64,000 nt of DNA from Camelus dromedarius (Eukaryota). The notes beneath the pieces are model-generated. The model was given only the letters and a program-made list of their open reading frames with translations, searched no databases and was not told where the DNA came from. Below are positions 61,784 to 64,000 of this stretch, piece after piece (the stretch's first letter is position 1; every line of letters begins with the position of its first letter). The stretch spans positions 8,556,001-8,620,000 of the forward strand of contig NC_087449.1 of the NCBI RefSeq assembly GCF_036321535.1, in the 5' to 3' direction. Both the position numbers and the translations under genes were made by a program.

Positions 61784-61922
61784 CTCTTATGGGAGCTCAC
61801 CGTGAAAAAAAAAATATATATATATATGTTCATGTATAACTGAAAAATTGTGCTCTACACAGGAATTTGACACAACATTGTAAAATGACTATAACTCAAT
61901 AAAAAATGTTAAAAAAATAAAA
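61784..61922 (+). mobile_element. Young, severely truncated L1 3' end, same family as 6363-6578
   Basis: tgttcatgtataactgaaaaattgtgctctacacaggaatttgacacaacattgtaaaatgactataactcaataaaaaatgttaaaaaaa is nearly identical to the reverse complement of the 6.4 kb copy. Confidence 0.9.
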
Positions 61923-62299
61923 CAAACAAGCAAATAAACAAAACACTCCCACTGCAAGCTTGGATAATAGACAGTTCCTGTTGTCTTGGTCAGCAAATGT
62001 TCGGGTGAAGAGAGAAGAGCTGTCACCACACGCCCATCCCAGCTCCGCGCAGCGTGAACCAGGGGAAGGTGAGGCTGGCAGGCTGTCGGCAGCCTTCCCC
62101 TCACTGCGATCCAATGGCCTGGTGTGGGGATCGTAATAGATCATCCCACCATCTTCAGAAATTTGCCTTTAGAAAAAGCCTACCTGGTATTTTTTTTTTT
62201 TTCTCTTCCTCCTGATGACTGTATTTCTTGGACAGCTTATCAGTTCAGTTGCTTCCTACAGCAAATACGATGATGTAAAACTTACATTGATTAAATCTA

Positions 62300-62700
62300 C
62301 AAGGATATTTATTGGTCTCCCCACTGCGAGTTTAAAAAGGATGTGATTCAGGATGGGCTTCTTCTGCTGGTGAATCTTCTTGCCCTGCAGTTCCCTTGGC
62401 TCTGCCCTCTTCTGCGTGCTGGCGTTATCCTAAAGTGGTAGCCAGTTTCTAACCTTGCATTTGCACACGGCAAGCTCTAGAAGACTATTATCTCCCCCTG
62501 AGTTCCTCACTTACTGAGGAAACATTTCCCAGAATGCTCCCAGATTTCCATTTGCATTTGACTGACCTGAACAAGTCACATGCTCATTCCTTCAGCCAGT
62601 TCCTCTGGTTTAGGGGTGAGATCTTGAAGGATGGCCATTATTGGTTTAAGCTAATGAGGGTCTACCATTTGAGCTGGACTTTACCCTAAACTGCTGGGCT
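62300..62700 (-). mobile_element. Old MLT1 (J/K/L-type) LTR
   Basis: aacatttcccagaatgctcccagatttcc...aagtcacatgctcattcctt...attggtttaagctaatgaggg. Confidence 0.7.
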
Positions 62701-63399
62701 GTGTGCCTTGGATATCAGTGAGTCAGCCACAAAATCTACCCCGAACCTACAAATCCTCCATTGTATCTTCAGGAACAAAAAGCTGATCCCCATCTGGGGA
62801 GGGGAGACTTTTTCCACTTATGGTATTTCCTCCAAAGTATTCCCAGGAACTTTCTCTATTTTGGATCTACCTTGATCTAAATTGAATATACATCATGGAT
62901 TTAATAACCAGATTAAACAGATTTTAAGCAAGATCGTTGGCATTATTTCAGCAGTAATGTTTTATATCCGTCCTGAAACACTTGGTTAGATGTTCCAATA
63001 TATTAAAACATGAACCTAGGTTTTCTGAGTCCTTGGGTTTGATTTTCTGTGGATTGCTGTATCTTCTTTATCTTCACTTTGGTCCCCAGGGTGGCCCATA
63101 CATCATAGTTCCTTTCTTTGTTTTTCACTTTTTCTCTCTGCTGTGTTTTCCCATTAGACTCAAACTCCTCCATAATTTATACCAGATATTCTAGCTTATC
63201 CTGTGAACTAACACTGGTTTATCATCTACACTATGTATATATTATCAGGGTTAATACAACATTTGGTTTGTCTGTCTTTAATAATTTTGGATGTAGGGAC
63301 TGAAAGATTTTTTGTTACCAGGTAATGCTAAGTATTACTTACATGATTATGAACTAAACAGGTGTGATTATTAAAACACACACACACACACGAAAAACT

Positions 63400-64000
63400 A
63401 ACAAAAAACAGATTTGGACCTGGAGCCTCACGGAGCTCACATTTCAGCAGCTAGTTAGGCCTTAAACAAGAAAACACACACACACACACACAAGTTGTGA
63501 TAGGTTCTAGGAAGCTGAACAGGATAATTCAATAGACATTGGAAAGGTGTGGGTGAGAAACGCAGATCGGATTGTCAGGAAAGGCTTCTCTGGGAAATTG
63601 ACATTTAAGGTGGCAGGGGGAGGATGAGAAGAAGCCCAGCTGTGCAGGGTTGAGGGAAGGACCGTCTATGTGGAGGGTACAGCATGGGTGAATATTAGCA
63701 GGGGTGTCCACTGGGACTGCATGAGTGTGGGCCACAAGGTAAGAATGAAGGGGTCAGCAGGGCCAGACCTTTAAGGAACTTGGAAGCGAGTTAAGGAGAG
63801 TGGTTTTTATTACAAGTGCAATAGGAGGCCTCTGAAGGATTATGAACCAGACTGTGACATCCTCAGGGTTTAAAATTTTAAAGTGCATTACAGATGCTGT
63901 CTAGATAACAAAACAGAGAGGGTAAGAAAGGAAGACACAACTTAGGAAACAATTGCCACGTTCCAGGCCAGAGAAAACAGTATAGAAACTAGAGTAGGAA
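63400..64000 (-). mobile_element. L2a-like fragment running off the window end
   Basis: tcaggaaaggcttctctgggaaattgacatttaagg...agtgcaataggaggcctctgaaggattatgaaccagactgtgacat. Confidence 0.85.

Noticed and set aside
1-64000. CRISPR arrays, operons, rRNA/tRNA genes, prokaryotic defence systems
   Set aside because: The sequence is mammalian and none of these structures is present.

Overview
This is mammalian, not microbial, genomic DNA. It is AT-rich and intron-like or intergenic, and much of it is old eutherian repeats (L2, MIR, MLT1/MaLR LTRs, MER81, L1MA/MB/MC/ME-type fragments). Three short young L1 3' ends resemble the camelid (alpaca/camel) L1 tail as I recall it, and I see no Alu, Bov-tA/BovB, PRE1, Can-SINE or ERE elements, so a camelid source is likely but unproven. 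I cannot support any complete protein-coding gene or gene symbol. The supplied ORFs are repeat-derived, span N blocks or look like chance ORFs; three are decayed L1 ORF2. Six N blocks (148-360 nt, 1293 nt in total) sit mostly in unique, motif-rich sequence and may hide the most informative bases. Best leads: (1) four + strand splice donors at 1.5-3.5 kb, each with a phase-0 ATG just upstream, resembling alternative first exons, plus a symmetric phase-0 93-nt exon candidate at 14.6 kb; (2) a CpG island-like patch at 51.5-52.3 kb with a near-consensus CTCF site and a Z-DNA tract; (3) compact PBX-HOX/MEIS/RUNX motif clusters; (4) a three-level L1 nest containing a 5'-inverted (twin-primed) insertion and a perfect 23-bp inverted repeat. 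I found no CRISPR array, rRNA, tRNA or recognisable miRNA, and I cannot claim a confirmed novel biological system.
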